DNA of 64,000 bases from an uncultured cyanobacterium (GCA_963740315.1 CAVUDP010000004.1:384001-448000), one strand, 5' to 3'. Numbered from the stretch's first letter, positions 11,128-21,992 are shown. Numbers and translations: made by a program. Notes: generated from the letters alone by a model not told the origin.

Positions 11128-11366
11128 ATATGCACCTCTGTATTTCTTGAGATAAGATTATTGTTCCCTGATTTGCAAGCACAGTTACAGGTAGGCTGGT
11201 ATTTAATGTAGTTAGGAGTTAGGAGTTAAGAGTTAAGAGTTAGTAAATTTAGGGTGTGTTACAGCTAGAGAAATATTGTTTTTATTAATAGATGGAACCG
11301 ATTCGCACCATTATATGTAGGTAAAGTTGAAAATTTAATCCTAAATTATTTAGTAACTCAAAAATC

Positions 11367-13979
11367 TTACTGCTGCGGAACTCGAACAAATTTACAACTA
11401 TCTTGAGATGTGTTGGTGTCACATTTTACTTGAACTAGTACGCCGATTTCAGCATTATTTTCGGGGGTAATGCGGCGATCGCCATTTTCGTCAAATTCTA
11501 CTTTTCCTGTTGCACCTTGAACGGAGAAATCAGGTACGGATAACTCCTTTTGCAGTCCTTCGCGAGTTGGATTGTTACCCGTGCGTCGCAAACCTTCGAC
11601 AATTGTCATAGTCGCATCGTATCCCATAGCAGTCCGTCCATTAATTTTTGCATCCCAAAGCGCGAATGCATCGCTTTCAAATTTACTGGGGTTTTCATCA
11701 TTTCGATGCCAATACATCGCACTCACCATATTTTCAGCAAATTTATTCAGAATTTTTTCGCTATACATTGCTGTTCCACCTAACAAAAATAATTTCTTAG
11801 GATGCTTGTTATTAAGGTAAAAAAGCTTCAGAGCCACATCAAGGGTATTTTTATTAATTTCAGGCAAAAACAGCATTACTTCTGCTTCTTGTTTGATTGC
11901 ATTGTCTAAACAACTTTCTGCTCTAAAGAAGCCGTTAAGCTCACATTTGTGAACAACTGCACCACCTTTTTCTTTTAAATCCTTTTGAAATAATTGATAG
12001 GCAGATTTACTCCATTCACGGTCAACATAAACTATGGCGGCTTTTTTATAACCTTTTGTATCCACCATATATTCAACTAATTCTTTAACAACGCCCGGAG
12101 GTACGCGAAATACCCATTCACTAAAGTTTAATCCGTTTTTATTAATTTTAGACTTTCTGGAAGCGTTACTAGTAGCAGAAACCGCTACAATTTTACCGTC
12201 GTATATTTTGCCTGCTTGTAAAGTTGAACTACTAGAATAATGACCTGCAACTGCTAAAATATCTTGGTTTTCCACCAATTTTTGAGCTACATTTTCGACT
12301 ACAGATTTATCATCTTTATCATCAACAATCATTACCTGCAATAGTCTGCCATTAATCCCACCCTTACAATTGATTTCATTTTGAGCCTGTGCAACTCCTC
12401 GCAATATATCTCGTGCAATGTGAGATTCTGCACTAATAGGAACAGGAAGGGCAATTTTAAAAACTTTTTTAATATTATTTTGGACAGAACAAGCATTTAA
12501 ATTTGATTTTAAACTTTTTGGAACTGGAAGAAGATTAATTTTTGAGAATTCCTTAGCAATTGCATTATTCAGATAAACTAAGGTTTCTGGGTCGTTAGGT
12601 TTATTATCCAAAGATTTCTTAAAATATTCGGCAGCCTCAAGGAAGTTTTTATTTGCAAAAGCTTGGACACCGGCATCTTTATTAGAAGTGGAATCATAAC
12701 TAATTAGTACTTTTTCTCCCCAACTGAAATTTTCGCCTAAGTCGTTATTATTTGGTTTAGGTTCTGCTTGTGCTGTTTCCTTTTTCTGAAGAGTTTCTGG
12801 AGAATCTGTTGAGATAATATTAGGAAAAATTTTATATCCTAAGAAAAGTCCTAACATTACCGCCCCTACTATCCCAGCTACAACTGCTATTTTCTTGAAT
12901 GGTAATGAAGGTTCAGGCCAAATTAAAGGAGATGCTGCGGGGTTTTGACAAATTACTGGCAACCAAGTAGCACAGGGAAAATCTTCTTCCATCCATTCGA
13001 GACGTTGGCGGGCATTTCTTACTGCTAAATATAAAGAATGTCCCCCTGAAAAATCTTCTAAAAAATATTGCAAAAAGTGTCGCGCTACCTCATCGGGTAC
13101 TGGCTCGCGCATCACAATCATTTGCGGAACTCTCACACTACTTAATTCATCCGCTAAACCCAAACCATCGCAAGAATTAAAAATTGTTAATTTTAAACCG
13201 TTATTGACAGCAGTTGTTAAAGAATGTTTTAACAGATTTAAGGAAATACTCTCGCTGTCGTTAATTTGAATTTCTCCAGTTTTACATTCTTCTCCAGAAG
13301 AACTATGCCCCGCAAAAAACAGAATATCCCAATGTTGATTCCACAAGCTCTCACTTAATTCTTTTTTTTGAGGTTGTTCTAACCAAGTAATTTTTGCTCC
13401 CCGACTGCGTAATTTTGCGATCAATTCTCTGTCTGAAGATAAATCTAGTCCTTCGCTACCGCCAAAAATAGCCAGAATCTTCACCGGGCGTTTTAAAGGT
13501 TCTGTAGGGGGTGCATACTCGGCACTTAAGGCAAATTCAGCACGGGGACGATTGTGAAATAGTTGCCATAAATGCCAAGGAAGCTTTTTTAAATAAATAT
13601 TATTAGTATCAATAATTACTCTTATCGATTCATCTGGCTGTGTTCTTGCTTCTATTCTTACCTGTAGTTTTTCCCAAGCAAGCTGAGTAAACCAATTGCT
13701 CAAATATCTCTCAAGTCTATACCTAGCCTCATTTTCATCGTCAATGACAGAAACATGAGTAACTTGAGCGTTAGAGACATCAATTTGTCTAATAGTTTCA
13801 CCCAATTCGCGGTATCTATCTCGCCATTCTTGATATAAGCGAGGAATATCGGGTGCAGGAGGAAGCGTAACCCTTTCTCTATAAGATGTTGGACCACCAT
13901 CTTCGCCAATTCCGAGGCTTACAGGAAAACCTTGCTCAAAACTGCCTTCGTCAATATTCAATACAACAAATTTGCTCAT
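11367..13979 (-). CDS. CHAT protease domain - TM helix - TPR-like - type I periplasmic ligand-binding domain fusion
   Basis: LPWHLW, FFAGHS, IFNSCDG, WLPVICQNP; TM IAVVAGIVGAVMLGLFLG; GGINGRLLQVMIVDD, GATGKVEFD. Confidence 0.9.
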   Translation of the reverse strand: MSKFVVLNIDEGSFEQGFPVSLGIGEDGGPTSYRERVTLPPAPDIPRLYQEWRDRYRELGETIRQIDVSNAQVTHVSVIDDENEARYRLERYLSNWFTQLAWEKLQVRIEARTQPDESIRVIIDTNNIYLKKLPWHLWQLFHNRPRAEFALSAEYAPPTEPLKRPVKILAIFGGSEGLDLSSDRELIAKLRSRGAKITWLEQPQKKELSESLWNQHWDILFFAGHSSSGEECKTGEIQINDSESISLNLLKHSLTTAVNNGLKLTIFNSCDGLGLADELSSVRVPQMIVMREPVPDEVARHFLQYFLEDFSGGHSLYLAVRNARQRLEWMEEDFPCATWLPVICQNPAASPLIWPEPSLPFKKIAVVAGIVGAVMLGLFLGYKIFPNIISTDSPETLQKKETAQAEPKPNNNDLGENFSWGEKVLISYDSTSNKDAGVQAFANKNFLEAAEYFKKSLDNKPNDPETLVYLNNAIAKEFSKINLLPVPKSLKSNLNACSVQNNIKKVFKIALPVPISAESHIARDILRGVAQAQNEINCKGGINGRLLQVMIVDDKDDKSVVENVAQKLVENQDILAVAGHYSSSSTLQAGKIYDGKIVAVSATSNASRKSKINKNGLNFSEWVFRVPPGVVKELVEYMVDTKGYKKAAIVYVDREWSKSAYQLFQKDLKEKGGAVVHKCELNGFFRAESCLDNAIKQEAEVMLFLPEINKNTLDVALKLFYLNNKHPKKLFLLGGTAMYSEKILNKFAENMVSAMYWHRNDENPSKFESDAFALWDAKINGRTAMGYDATMTIVEGLRRTGNNPTREGLQKELSVPDFSVQGATGKVEFDENGDRRITPENNAEIGVLVQVKCDTNTSQDSCKFVRVPQQ

Positions 13980-14092
13980 GACGGTTAAGAAGTAATGATT
14001 TTTAAAGGTTTTAGTCTAATTTTATTACAGTAATTATACTGAAGAATCGATAGTAAATGCTAATGTTCCAATTTACAACTATTTTACAAATA

Positions 14093-14118
14093 TAGAGACG
14101 CGATATATCGCGTCTCTA
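14093..14118. repeat. 26-bp perfect palindrome, GTAG-type REP
   Basis: tagagacgcgata-tatcgcgtctcta. Confidence 0.85.
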
Positions 14119-14205
14119 CAAATAGAAAATATAAATAAAATTAGTGTCAAATATGACATTTATTTTGAGAGATAAAAATTGCTAATTATATGCAGACGTA
14201 AATAA

Positions 14206-15294
14206 TTAGATAACAAAACTCTCAGTAATATTGGCATCCCCTAAAGCAACTTGAATATTAAAGCGATCGCCTAATTCAGCGGTAAATTTAAACTGAATAT
14301 AGTTATCTTTACTTCTAGCTTGTACTGTAAAAAACGAGCTTCCGGCTACATCTAAACCGCTCAGTTGCAATCCTTGAGGAAGATAATTGCGATCGCCTCC
14401 TGGATATACTCTAATTAAAATTGCCATACTATCATCAGGTTTGGGTAAAATTGCTACCATCAAAGCAATCGCGTTTTTACCAAAATGCATACCTAAATCA
14501 ATAGCCTTTCTTATTCCACCTGCGGGATTTTTGGGATTGATTTCCCACAATAATTCTGTAGCTTTCCAGCGAATTTCTTCGTTATCGGTATTTTTTAACA
14601 GGTGAATTAGAGCTTTTTCGGAATCTCGATCGAGTTTATTTATCTGATTTTGGCTGGCATACAATTGCGCTACAGCATCTTTCATTTTGTCGGAATTATC
14701 AATTTCAGAGGGAATATCCGCAAACACGAAAAGGGGATGAGTTTTTTGCGTACCGATTATTTCTTCTACACTTTGCCAAGCTGTATCAATAATATTTTCC
14801 AACCATTGACTCAGCTGCATTATTTCATCTTTATGTAAGGCTACAAGTAAGTTATCCAACGATCGTAATTTTTTGACATCAAGCATAGTGCTGTTGACTT
14901 GCGGTACAAAACCTAATAAGGTTCCTTGTTTGCAGTCGCGATCGAACTGTACTACAACATAGCCGATGCGGTTATTCCAGACATCTTCGGAAACATAACA
15001 AGTATCATCATCTATCTGAATTGGACGACATTCTAAATGTCCTTTTTCTAATAAATTTAAGTCAGCAATATTGGTACTTACTCTAGCAACAGCATTCCAA
15101 CTATGACTCTGTTGTAATGAAGTTGGTACATCTAACATTTGTAAATAGTTATTAGTTACCAATACCGCCAACGTATTATAGTAAACTTGCAAAGATTTTT
15201 CCGAATTCGATTGTTCTCTAGCAAATTGCTCTGCTTTGTTTCGGTTGGCTTGAGTAATAGGAACGGAAATAGTTAGCTGTTCTGTTGATAACAT
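14206..15294 (-). CDS. DUF1822 family protein
   Basis: VYYNTLAVL, GHLECRP, RIGYVVVQ, LSQWLEN, DNYIQFKF..ITESFVI. Confidence 0.85.
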   Translation of the reverse strand: MLSTEQLTISVPITQANRNKAEQFAREQSNSEKSLQVYYNTLAVLVTNNYLQMLDVPTSLQQSHSWNAVARVSTNIADLNLLEKGHLECRPIQIDDDTCYVSEDVWNNRIGYVVVQFDRDCKQGTLLGFVPQVNSTMLDVKKLRSLDNLLVALHKDEIMQLSQWLENIIDTAWQSVEEIIGTQKTHPLFVFADIPSEIDNSDKMKDAVAQLYASQNQINKLDRDSEKALIHLLKNTDNEEIRWKATELLWEINPKNPAGGIRKAIDLGMHFGKNAIALMVAILPKPDDSMAILIRVYPGGDRNYLPQGLQLSGLDVAGSSFFTVQARSKDNYIQFKFTAELGDRFNIQVALGDANITESFVI

Positions 15295-15321
15295 TAGTAA
15301 ATACCTTATTGTTTGTTTTTG

Positions 15322-15969
15322 CTATGTATCTATATATCCTTGCGCTCTGCCAAAAGCCAGTAGACAAGGAAGACATTTGTGGTTGTAAAAATGGTTAAGA
15401 GTGCTTTCTCTTCTACCAAATTTTTCGGCTAATTCGCGCCAAGTTTTTGCATCTGGCGGTAGTTTGTGCTGAAACAACACCTGACAGTTGATATGTGGAG
15501 ATTCCCGCACGTGAAGACTGCGTAATTCACTACCTTGTGTTTCAACCCATTCTAGAGTTTCTTCTAAAATTGGTTGCGGTTTACTTGGTGCAGGTAAATT
15601 ATGTACTGGATCTATAAAGTTTAATTCTTCATGTTTTGATTTAGTTATTCTAGTCTTCTTGTCTTTCGCTATTTCTTGACGAATATCCAAAAGCCTAAAT
15701 TTAAGATGGGAATTAAACCAAGTAATTACACTAGCTTGAGACGCATCATATTTATGGATATTTTTGCAAAACCACAACCAAGTTTGCTGCAATCCATCTT
15801 CATAATATTGGGGGATCAAATCGCCACCCAACCAAATTTTCCCCGACTGCTGCATCTGGAAAATCAACTGATTTAACAACTGCTGATGCTTCAGACTACC
15901 GCGAGGATGCTGACAAACTTCTGTTGCTAATTGGTTGAGTTGCTCGTTTAAACCTTCAGAATGTGCCAT
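15322..15969 (-). CDS. Divergent sigma-70 family (ECF-like) factor
   Basis: YEDGLQQTWLWFCKNIHKYD..SVITWFN region-2-like; TWRELAEKFG..STL HTH; start placed at ATG 15969. Confidence 0.75.
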   Translation of the reverse strand: MAHSEGLNEQLNQLATEVCQHPRGSLKHQQLLNQLIFQMQQSGKIWLGGDLIPQYYEDGLQQTWLWFCKNIHKYDASQASVITWFNSHLKFRLLDIRQEIAKDKKTRITKSKHEELNFIDPVHNLPAPSKPQPILEETLEWVETQGSELRSLHVRESPHINCQVLFQHKLPPDAKTWRELAEKFGRRESTLNHFYNHKCLPCLLAFGRAQGYIDT

Positions 15970-16327
15970 ATGCGTAATGCTAATATATAACTGAAAAACG
16001 ATTGATATATCGGGCGTTGCTCTCGCACGGCTGCTCCTGCAATGGTTTTGAATTTTCTGCATTGTGAGGTTGTCAGACGTAATTCAAAAATTCGCCTCTT
16101 TAATTACAAAACTTCACATTTTTTTTGTAAAATAGCAATTCAGTTTTCTGCAATAATTTGGTGTTAGGGAATACAATTTCAAATATCTCTTCTACTTCAG
16201 AAGTTGTAGGCTGTGTTACGACTCAAAATAATCTTGTTTTTATCAGTCAATAAAAGATGCCGTAATGCACGATAATATCTGATATATCTACAAAACATTT
16301 ATCAACCTTTAACATGCAGACCTTTAT

Positions 16328-18115
16328 TTATTTTTGACAGCGATAAAGTTGATAAGGAATCCCGATTCGATAGTATTGATTAGTATCGAGATTGCAAGAT
16401 AACGATTGAGAAAGTTTAATTTGTTCGGAAAAATCGCGTCGTACTCTTCCTGGTGCAAATATCCACAAATTTAGTTGAGATATATTTTGATTGGGTAATA
16501 TGGAAAGCTTTTCAAAAACAGATTCCCAACTAGAAGTTTGATTTAAAAAAGCAAAAGTTGAATATTTGTTGTTTGCTGCATTGCTATTTTGAAATGTCTG
16601 GGTTTCTCTTTCCAAAGCCAAAGCAAAACTCAAACCCAAAGCGACATCTTGAGAATTTCTATATGCCATTACAGCCATCACAGGAACAGAAGGTTCTTGG
16701 TAAATATTTTGCGCTACCTGTTGGGGTAGATATGGTTTTTGAAAAGCTAAGTCAGAGACAACGAAAGTACTACTAATAAAGCCAACCAGTAAAATAATTG
16801 GTAGTGAGTTTTTTTTGATTTGATATTTGATAAAATCTGATTTTTGCGGGCTTGGGAAACGATCGCCAAGTAATTTATTTCTATTTTCGCGAATCAAACT
16901 AGCTGCAATTAATGCACTGAAACTGGGATAATAAACAAAGTTGTAGCGGGGTGCAACCGTGATATCTTTACCAAGTATGTAAGAAATCGCAAATATTCCT
17001 AATAAAACGAAACTTGTAAAGCTCAATAAAGTTAAAGTAGATATTGTGGATTCTTTTAATAACAGCTTGATTCCTCGAAATACTTTCCACCCCAACCAAC
17101 CCGCAAACAATATCATTAGCAAACCTGAAATAATTATTATTGGTAAAGGTTGCTTTTCTACAGGTAATATAATTACCATCACAATCCAGCTAATCAAGGT
17201 TTGATACAGCGGTTCGATCTGTTGGGGAGTAGGAAGCCAATTGGTTTCGGATCGGTTTAAATGATTTTGCATTACCCTTAACCAAGGATTAATTGCAATG
17301 ACAACTGCACTTGTAGATAAAATTAGTGCTGTAAAGCAATTTCGCAAAGATGTTTTATGGCGATCGAAACCTCTTGAGTGCGAGGAGAAAGGCAATAAAT
17401 TTACGTTTGGAGAAAAACTAAACAAAGAAATCAGCAGCAGCAAGGTAGCAACTTGAGCGATAAAGGCAATAATGCAGAAATAATGAATATAAATACTGAT
17501 ACTATTAATAATTATCCATGTCAGCCAAAGCCAAACCCTAAGCTGTTGACGTTGAATATCTCGCTGAATTTGTATAAGCGCCAACAAAGATAAACTTATC
17601 GTCAGCATTGGTAAAGTATAGTGTCGCGCCTCTTGGGATAAATAAACCGCAAAAGGGGAAACAGCAACAATTGCAGCACCCATCAATCCAGCTTGACGGG
17701 AAAAAGCTAATCTGTTGAGAAAATATACTGCTACAACCAAAGCGACACCAAACAATACAGATGGCGATCGCAATTTATTTACCCAGTCATCACCAAGGGG
17801 AGCAACTAATCCCAACCAAGCATACATTCCGCAAAAAAACAGCGGTGGGTGGGTAGATTCGGTAGCAATATTTTGAGCAATCTGAGGGCAAGTTAACCCA
17901 GGTTGATAACTAAAAATATCGCGCAATTTTTCTACATGGAATACGACATCCAAAGGAATAGAATTATAATTATTACCCGAACTAAAGATGGCTGTAATAA
18001 CTTCATCCATCCACAAAGGTTTTAGTTCCAAATTCCAAAAACGCAAAACAATCGCCAGTGAAATAAAGAAAATTAAACCCAAATAATGTAAATTAAGCTT
18101 CCGATTTGTCATCAT
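16328..18115 (-). CDS. Membrane glycosyltransferase, GT39/PMT-like
   Basis: LWMDE, HPPLFF, YLSQEARHY, many TM segments. Confidence 0.85.
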   Translation of the reverse strand: MMTNRKLNLHYLGLIFFISLAIVLRFWNLELKPLWMDEVITAIFSSGNNYNSIPLDVVFHVEKLRDIFSYQPGLTCPQIAQNIATESTHPPLFFCGMYAWLGLVAPLGDDWVNKLRSPSVLFGVALVVAVYFLNRLAFSRQAGLMGAAIVAVSPFAVYLSQEARHYTLPMLTISLSLLALIQIQRDIQRQQLRVWLWLTWIIINSISIYIHYFCIIAFIAQVATLLLLISLFSFSPNVNLLPFSSHSRGFDRHKTSLRNCFTALILSTSAVVIAINPWLRVMQNHLNRSETNWLPTPQQIEPLYQTLISWIVMVIILPVEKQPLPIIIISGLLMILFAGWLGWKVFRGIKLLLKESTISTLTLLSFTSFVLLGIFAISYILGKDITVAPRYNFVYYPSFSALIAASLIRENRNKLLGDRFPSPQKSDFIKYQIKKNSLPIILLVGFISSTFVVSDLAFQKPYLPQQVAQNIYQEPSVPVMAVMAYRNSQDVALGLSFALALERETQTFQNSNAANNKYSTFAFLNQTSSWESVFEKLSILPNQNISQLNLWIFAPGRVRRDFSEQIKLSQSLSCNLDTNQYYRIGIPYQLYRCQK

Positions 18116-18198
18116 TGAATTATTAACTAATTGAGGAAATAACCACTTTTAACTCAAACCGACCTCAATATTTACTTTTAATATAGAAAATCTCTCAT

Positions 18199-20784
18199 AT
18201 GTCAGACGCTAATTCCATCCATCCAGTGCCAGATAATCCTTTGTCAGTCCAATTACCGAAGTTGCATACATCGAAGCGAATTGCAGAGATTGTAAATATC
18301 CGTAACTCTTTGCGTTCCGGACAACAATCAATGGCAGACTGGATGGGTGGTCCCTTAGCGATTTCTGCGGTGCCCGGTGCGGGAAAATCTACGGGAATGG
18401 CTGCTGCTGCTGCGATCGCGATCGCCCGCCAATATCAAAATACCGATTACCTACGTCCCAAAATTCGCCGTCAATTAGTAGTAGTCACCTTCACTCGTTC
18501 TGCTGCTGCTAATATTAAAGCCAAAATCCGCAAATATTTAAGAGAAGATTTATCTTTACCGCAAACGGGTTTTGTGGTATATACCCTGCACGGTTTAGCG
18601 TTAAATATTGCCACCCGTCATCCCGAATTATCCGGTTTAGAACTTGATTTCGTAACATTAATTACCCCCAATCAAAGCCACCGCTTCATCCGTACCGCAG
18701 TCGAGAAATGGATTGCAAATCATCCCAGACTGTACCTTCAATTGTTAGAAGGTATGCAATTTGACGGAGAAGAAACAGAAAGATTGCGCCGTCAATCGGT
18801 ATTAAGAACCGAAGTATTACCAGAATTAGCTTATTCAGTAATTCATGAAGCCAAAAGTTCGGGAATCACACCCGAAGACTTGCAGCAAATCAGCCAGCAA
18901 AGCACCGATGCATATCAAACCTTGCAAATCGCCGCCGGATTATACGAACAATATCAGAACTTGATGGGCGATCGCGATTTTATCGACTACGACGACATGA
19001 TATTAGCAGCGTTACGGGTATTAGAAAACGAAAGCGCCAGAAAAATCGAGCAAAAACAAGTATTCGCCGTATTTGAAGACGAAGCACAGGATTCAAGTCC
19101 GTTGCAGACTCGGTTGTTGGAGATATTGGCAAGCGGTGAGGAGATGGGAGAGGGGGTAGAGGGGGTAGAGGGGGTAGAGGGGGTAGAGGGGGTAGAGGGG
19201 GTAGAGGGGGTAGAGGGGGTAGAGGGGGTAGAGGGGGTAGAGGGGGTAGAGGGGGTAGAGGGGGTAGAGGGGGAGACAAGTTTTGAATTATCAACTCCTA
19301 ACTCCTCACTCCTAACTCCTAACTTATCTTCCAATGCCCAAATTAATTTAATTCGCGTTGGCGATCCGAATCAGGCGATTAACTCTACTTTTACTCCGGC
19401 AGATCCGATTTATTTCCGCCAGTTTTGTCAAGAATGCGCTTCTCAAGGGCTTTTGGCGACTATGGATCAAGCAGGACGAAGTAGTAGAATAATTATCGAA
19501 ACTGCAAACTTTGCTCTCGAATGGGTAAATAGCCTCTACCAAAGCAAACTTACTTCCCCCTCTTCCCCTTCTTCCCCCTCTCCCCCCTCCCTCCCCTTCC
19601 GCTATCAAAGAATCCTTCCCGTAGATTCCAACGATCCGCAACCAAATGCAAACCCGGCAGCGGTGGGAAGAGGCGTAGAAATTTACACGCCTGAAGACAT
19701 TCACAATACCGTAGAATTACTGTCAGAAAGAATTGTTGAACTATTTCCCGAAGATAACGAAAACAACGGCAGCGCGGCGATATTAGTTAGAGAAAATCGT
19801 CAGGGAAGCTGGTTAAGCCAAGCACTCAGACCAATTTGTAAAAAGCATAATATTTTACTTTACGACGTAGGCGAACAAGATCGGCATTCCCACGTACCAG
19901 AAGAAATATTGGCAATTTTACAATTTTGCGATCGCCCTCATTCTCCCGATTTTCTCAAGGCTGCATTGGGGGTTTTAGTTAAACGTCGATTAATCGAACC
20001 CCAAGATTTAAATGCTTTGGCTTCCTTACCCGAAGAATTCTTATATCCTTCTCCTTTAACCGAAGCGCAAACCGAAGTTGTAAAAAAAGCTGCCGAATTT
20101 TGTCGCGATTTACTCAACGCTCGTTTAGAATTACCTCTTTATCAAATAATTTCCTTCATAGCTTTAAAACTAGATTACCAACAAGCCGAATTAGCCACAG
20201 CCGATAAACTTTCCGAAAGAATCAACAAGCAAATTGCAGGTGAGATTTCAATGGGAATAATGCTTAACGTACTCAGCGAAATCGTTAGCTCCGAACGCTT
20301 TGAACCAGTTGACACCGAAGACTCAGAAGCACGTTATACAAGACGCAATCAACTGACGGTTATTACAATGCACAAAGCCAAAGGTTTGGATTGGGATTAC
20401 GTATTTTTACCGTTCTTGCATGAAAACTTAATACCCGGTAAATTTTGGGTTCCGCCGCAAAGAAAATTCCTGGGTGATTTTACTTTGTCGGAAGTAGCTC
20501 GCGCTCAAATCCGCGCCGCATTGCATGGTGAATCAAAATTACCCGATGTAACCGAAGCATGGGAGCAAGCAAAACATTTGAAAATAGCCGAAGAATACCG
20601 TTTGCTTTACGTTGCCATGACTAGAGCAAAACGATTGCTGTGGTTATCGGCAGCCAAGGAAGCGCCTTTTACCTGGAGTAAACCGGATAATTTGCAAAAA
20701 CAACCAGCTTGCCCGGTTTTTAATGCGTTGAAGCGCGAGTTTACAGAATGTGTGGTGGGGGAGAGGGAAGCGGTTAGGAGTTAA
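18199..20784 (+). CDS. UvrD/REP family ATP-dependent helicase with repeat-derived inserts
   Basis: AVPGAGKS, DEAQD, VGDPNQAI, TMHKAKGLDWD, LLYVAMTRAK. Confidence 0.92.
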   Translation: MSDANSIHPVPDNPLSVQLPKLHTSKRIAEIVNIRNSLRSGQQSMADWMGGPLAISAVPGAGKSTGMAAAAAIAIARQYQNTDYLRPKIRRQLVVVTFTRSAAANIKAKIRKYLREDLSLPQTGFVVYTLHGLALNIATRHPELSGLELDFVTLITPNQSHRFIRTAVEKWIANHPRLYLQLLEGMQFDGEETERLRRQSVLRTEVLPELAYSVIHEAKSSGITPEDLQQISQQSTDAYQTLQIAAGLYEQYQNLMGDRDFIDYDDMILAALRVLENESARKIEQKQVFAVFEDEAQDSSPLQTRLLEILASGEEMGEGVEGVEGVEGVEGVEGVEGVEGVEGVEGVEGVEGVEGVEGETSFELSTPNSSLLTPNLSSNAQINLIRVGDPNQAINSTFTPADPIYFRQFCQECASQGLLATMDQAGRSSRIIIETANFALEWVNSLYQSKLTSPSSPSSPSPPSLPFRYQRILPVDSNDPQPNANPAAVGRGVEIYTPEDIHNTVELLSERIVELFPEDNENNGSAAILVRENRQGSWLSQALRPICKKHNILLYDVGEQDRHSHVPEEILAILQFCDRPHSPDFLKAALGVLVKRRLIEPQDLNALASLPEEFLYPSPLTEAQTEVVKKAAEFCRDLLNARLELPLYQIISFIALKLDYQQAELATADKLSERINKQIAGEISMGIMLNVLSEIVSSERFEPVDTEDSEARYTRRNQLTVITMHKAKGLDWDYVFLPFLHENLIPGKFWVPPQRKFLGDFTLSEVARAQIRAALHGESKLPDVTEAWEQAKHLKIAEEYRLLYVAMTRAKRLLWLSAAKEAPFTWSKPDNLQKQPACPVFNALKREFTECVVGEREAVRS
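19150..19266 (+). repeat. 13 perfect copies of GAGGGGGTA, in frame (EGV)13
   Basis: Counted directly, 117 bp. Confidence 0.95.
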
Positions 20785-20791
20785 GAATAAT

Positions 20792-20826
20792 AAACCGCAG
20801 AGGGCGCGGAGAGCGCAGAGGAAGAG
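20792..20826 (+). repeat. Short dispersed repeat aaaccgcagagggcgcggagagcgcagag
   Basis: Related reverse-strand copies at about 29391-29425 and 34116-34145. Confidence 0.6.
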
Positions 20827-20844
20827 GTAAGAGAGAGATGATTC

Positions 20845-21017
20845 TTGTAGGTTGGGTTAGGCGTAGTTGTAATAATTATTCTCAACACCGGAATTGATAT
20901 TAAGCCGTAACCCAACATTACGATCGCGGATAAACAGATCGGATGTTGGGTTACGACACGATTTCAAATATTCTCGTTTCAAGCCAAATTAATTTTCATG
21001 TCTAACCCAACCTACAA
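20845..21017. mobile_element. REPIN/MITE-like element with 16-bp terminal inverted repeats
   Basis: ttgtaggttgggttag ... ctaacccaacctacaa with inner taacccaaca/tgttgggtta pair. Confidence 0.8.
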
Positions 21018-21026
21018 TTATATTTT

Positions 21027-21992
21027 ATGGATAAAATACCTTTCTTATTAAAAGCACTTATAGTAGCAATTAACTTAATAGGTTTTGGGTATCTTACTTT
21101 ATCTGATTTTCTAACAATATCCAAACAAATATCAACCAAACTTATTATAATTTTTCGACCAATATTAAGCCTGAGTATAGGAATAATTATAAGCCAAATT
21201 GTAATATTGTATCTATTCTTTGCTGCTAACATTGTTCCTATTCACAAAATTACTTGCGAGCATTCTATACGAGATATCTCAACAGCAAATTTTATTTTTA
21301 ATAGCAAACAAAAATATTTGCCAACAAACTGTAAAGTTTCTGAGATTAATTTGTTCAATCATGAAAATAATTTAAAACTAATACCCAAGTTGCTTGAAGC
21401 AAAAATAGAAGAGAGAGTTGAAATTGACGAGAAAGATCGATCAAAATATAGTTATCGAATAATTTTATTAAATCAAACTGGCACTATTCCTTTTACGGAC
21501 TACAGATATACAGATTCAACAATTAACGAATTTAAATTATTAGCATCATCGATTAATGATTTTTTAGTCAATAATAGAGCAGAAAAATTAGTACGTATTA
21601 TAGACGACAGATATTTAGTTTATGCCGGTGTTGGATTAAGCATATTTTTTGCGCTAATATCTTTATTGTTAATATTAACTGGTTTATTTATTGATTTTTG
21701 TTTTGATAAAGAAACAAGTATGTTAACAGTTAGTCGTTACAGATGCTTGGGAATATTCGGTAAGCAAGAGTTTCAATATTCTTTTAATGAAATTATAGAT
21801 GTGAAAAATGAACGTATTGAGACTTCGGAAAATTATTACAATAAAGTTGTTTTAATATTGCCAAGTAATAAGTTATCATTATCTCCCAATATCTCTTTTT
21901 CAAGAAGTGTAAGTATAGGATTTATTACACAGCATATTAAGAATGAAGAGTATATAGTCAAAGTTATTAAAGATTTTTTAGAAATGGAATAA
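21027..21992 (+). CDS. Hypothetical membrane protein, AT-rich
   Basis: 321 aa ORF with three hydrophobic segments. Confidence 0.7.
   Translation: MDKIPFLLKALIVAINLIGFGYLTLSDFLTISKQISTKLIIIFRPILSLSIGIIISQIVILYLFFAANIVPIHKITCEHSIRDISTANFIFNSKQKYLPTNCKVSEINLFNHENNLKLIPKLLEAKIEERVEIDEKDRSKYSYRIILLNQTGTIPFTDYRYTDSTINEFKLLASSINDFLVNNRAEKLVRIIDDRYLVYAGVGLSIFFALISLLLILTGLFIDFCFDKETSMLTVSRYRCLGIFGKQEFQYSFNEIIDVKNERIETSENYYNKVVLILPSNKLSLSPNISFSRSVSIGFITQHIKNEEYIVKVIKDFLEME

Noticed and set aside
15970..16062. N-terminal ORF extensions of the sigma-like gene (likewise grpB, ycf37, menG)
   Set aside because: Extensions lack family features or run through repeats; downstream ATGs fit better.
18980..19704. 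Antisense ORFs with PPL or PST repeats
   Set aside because: Shadow frames of the 9-mer repeat inside UvrD.
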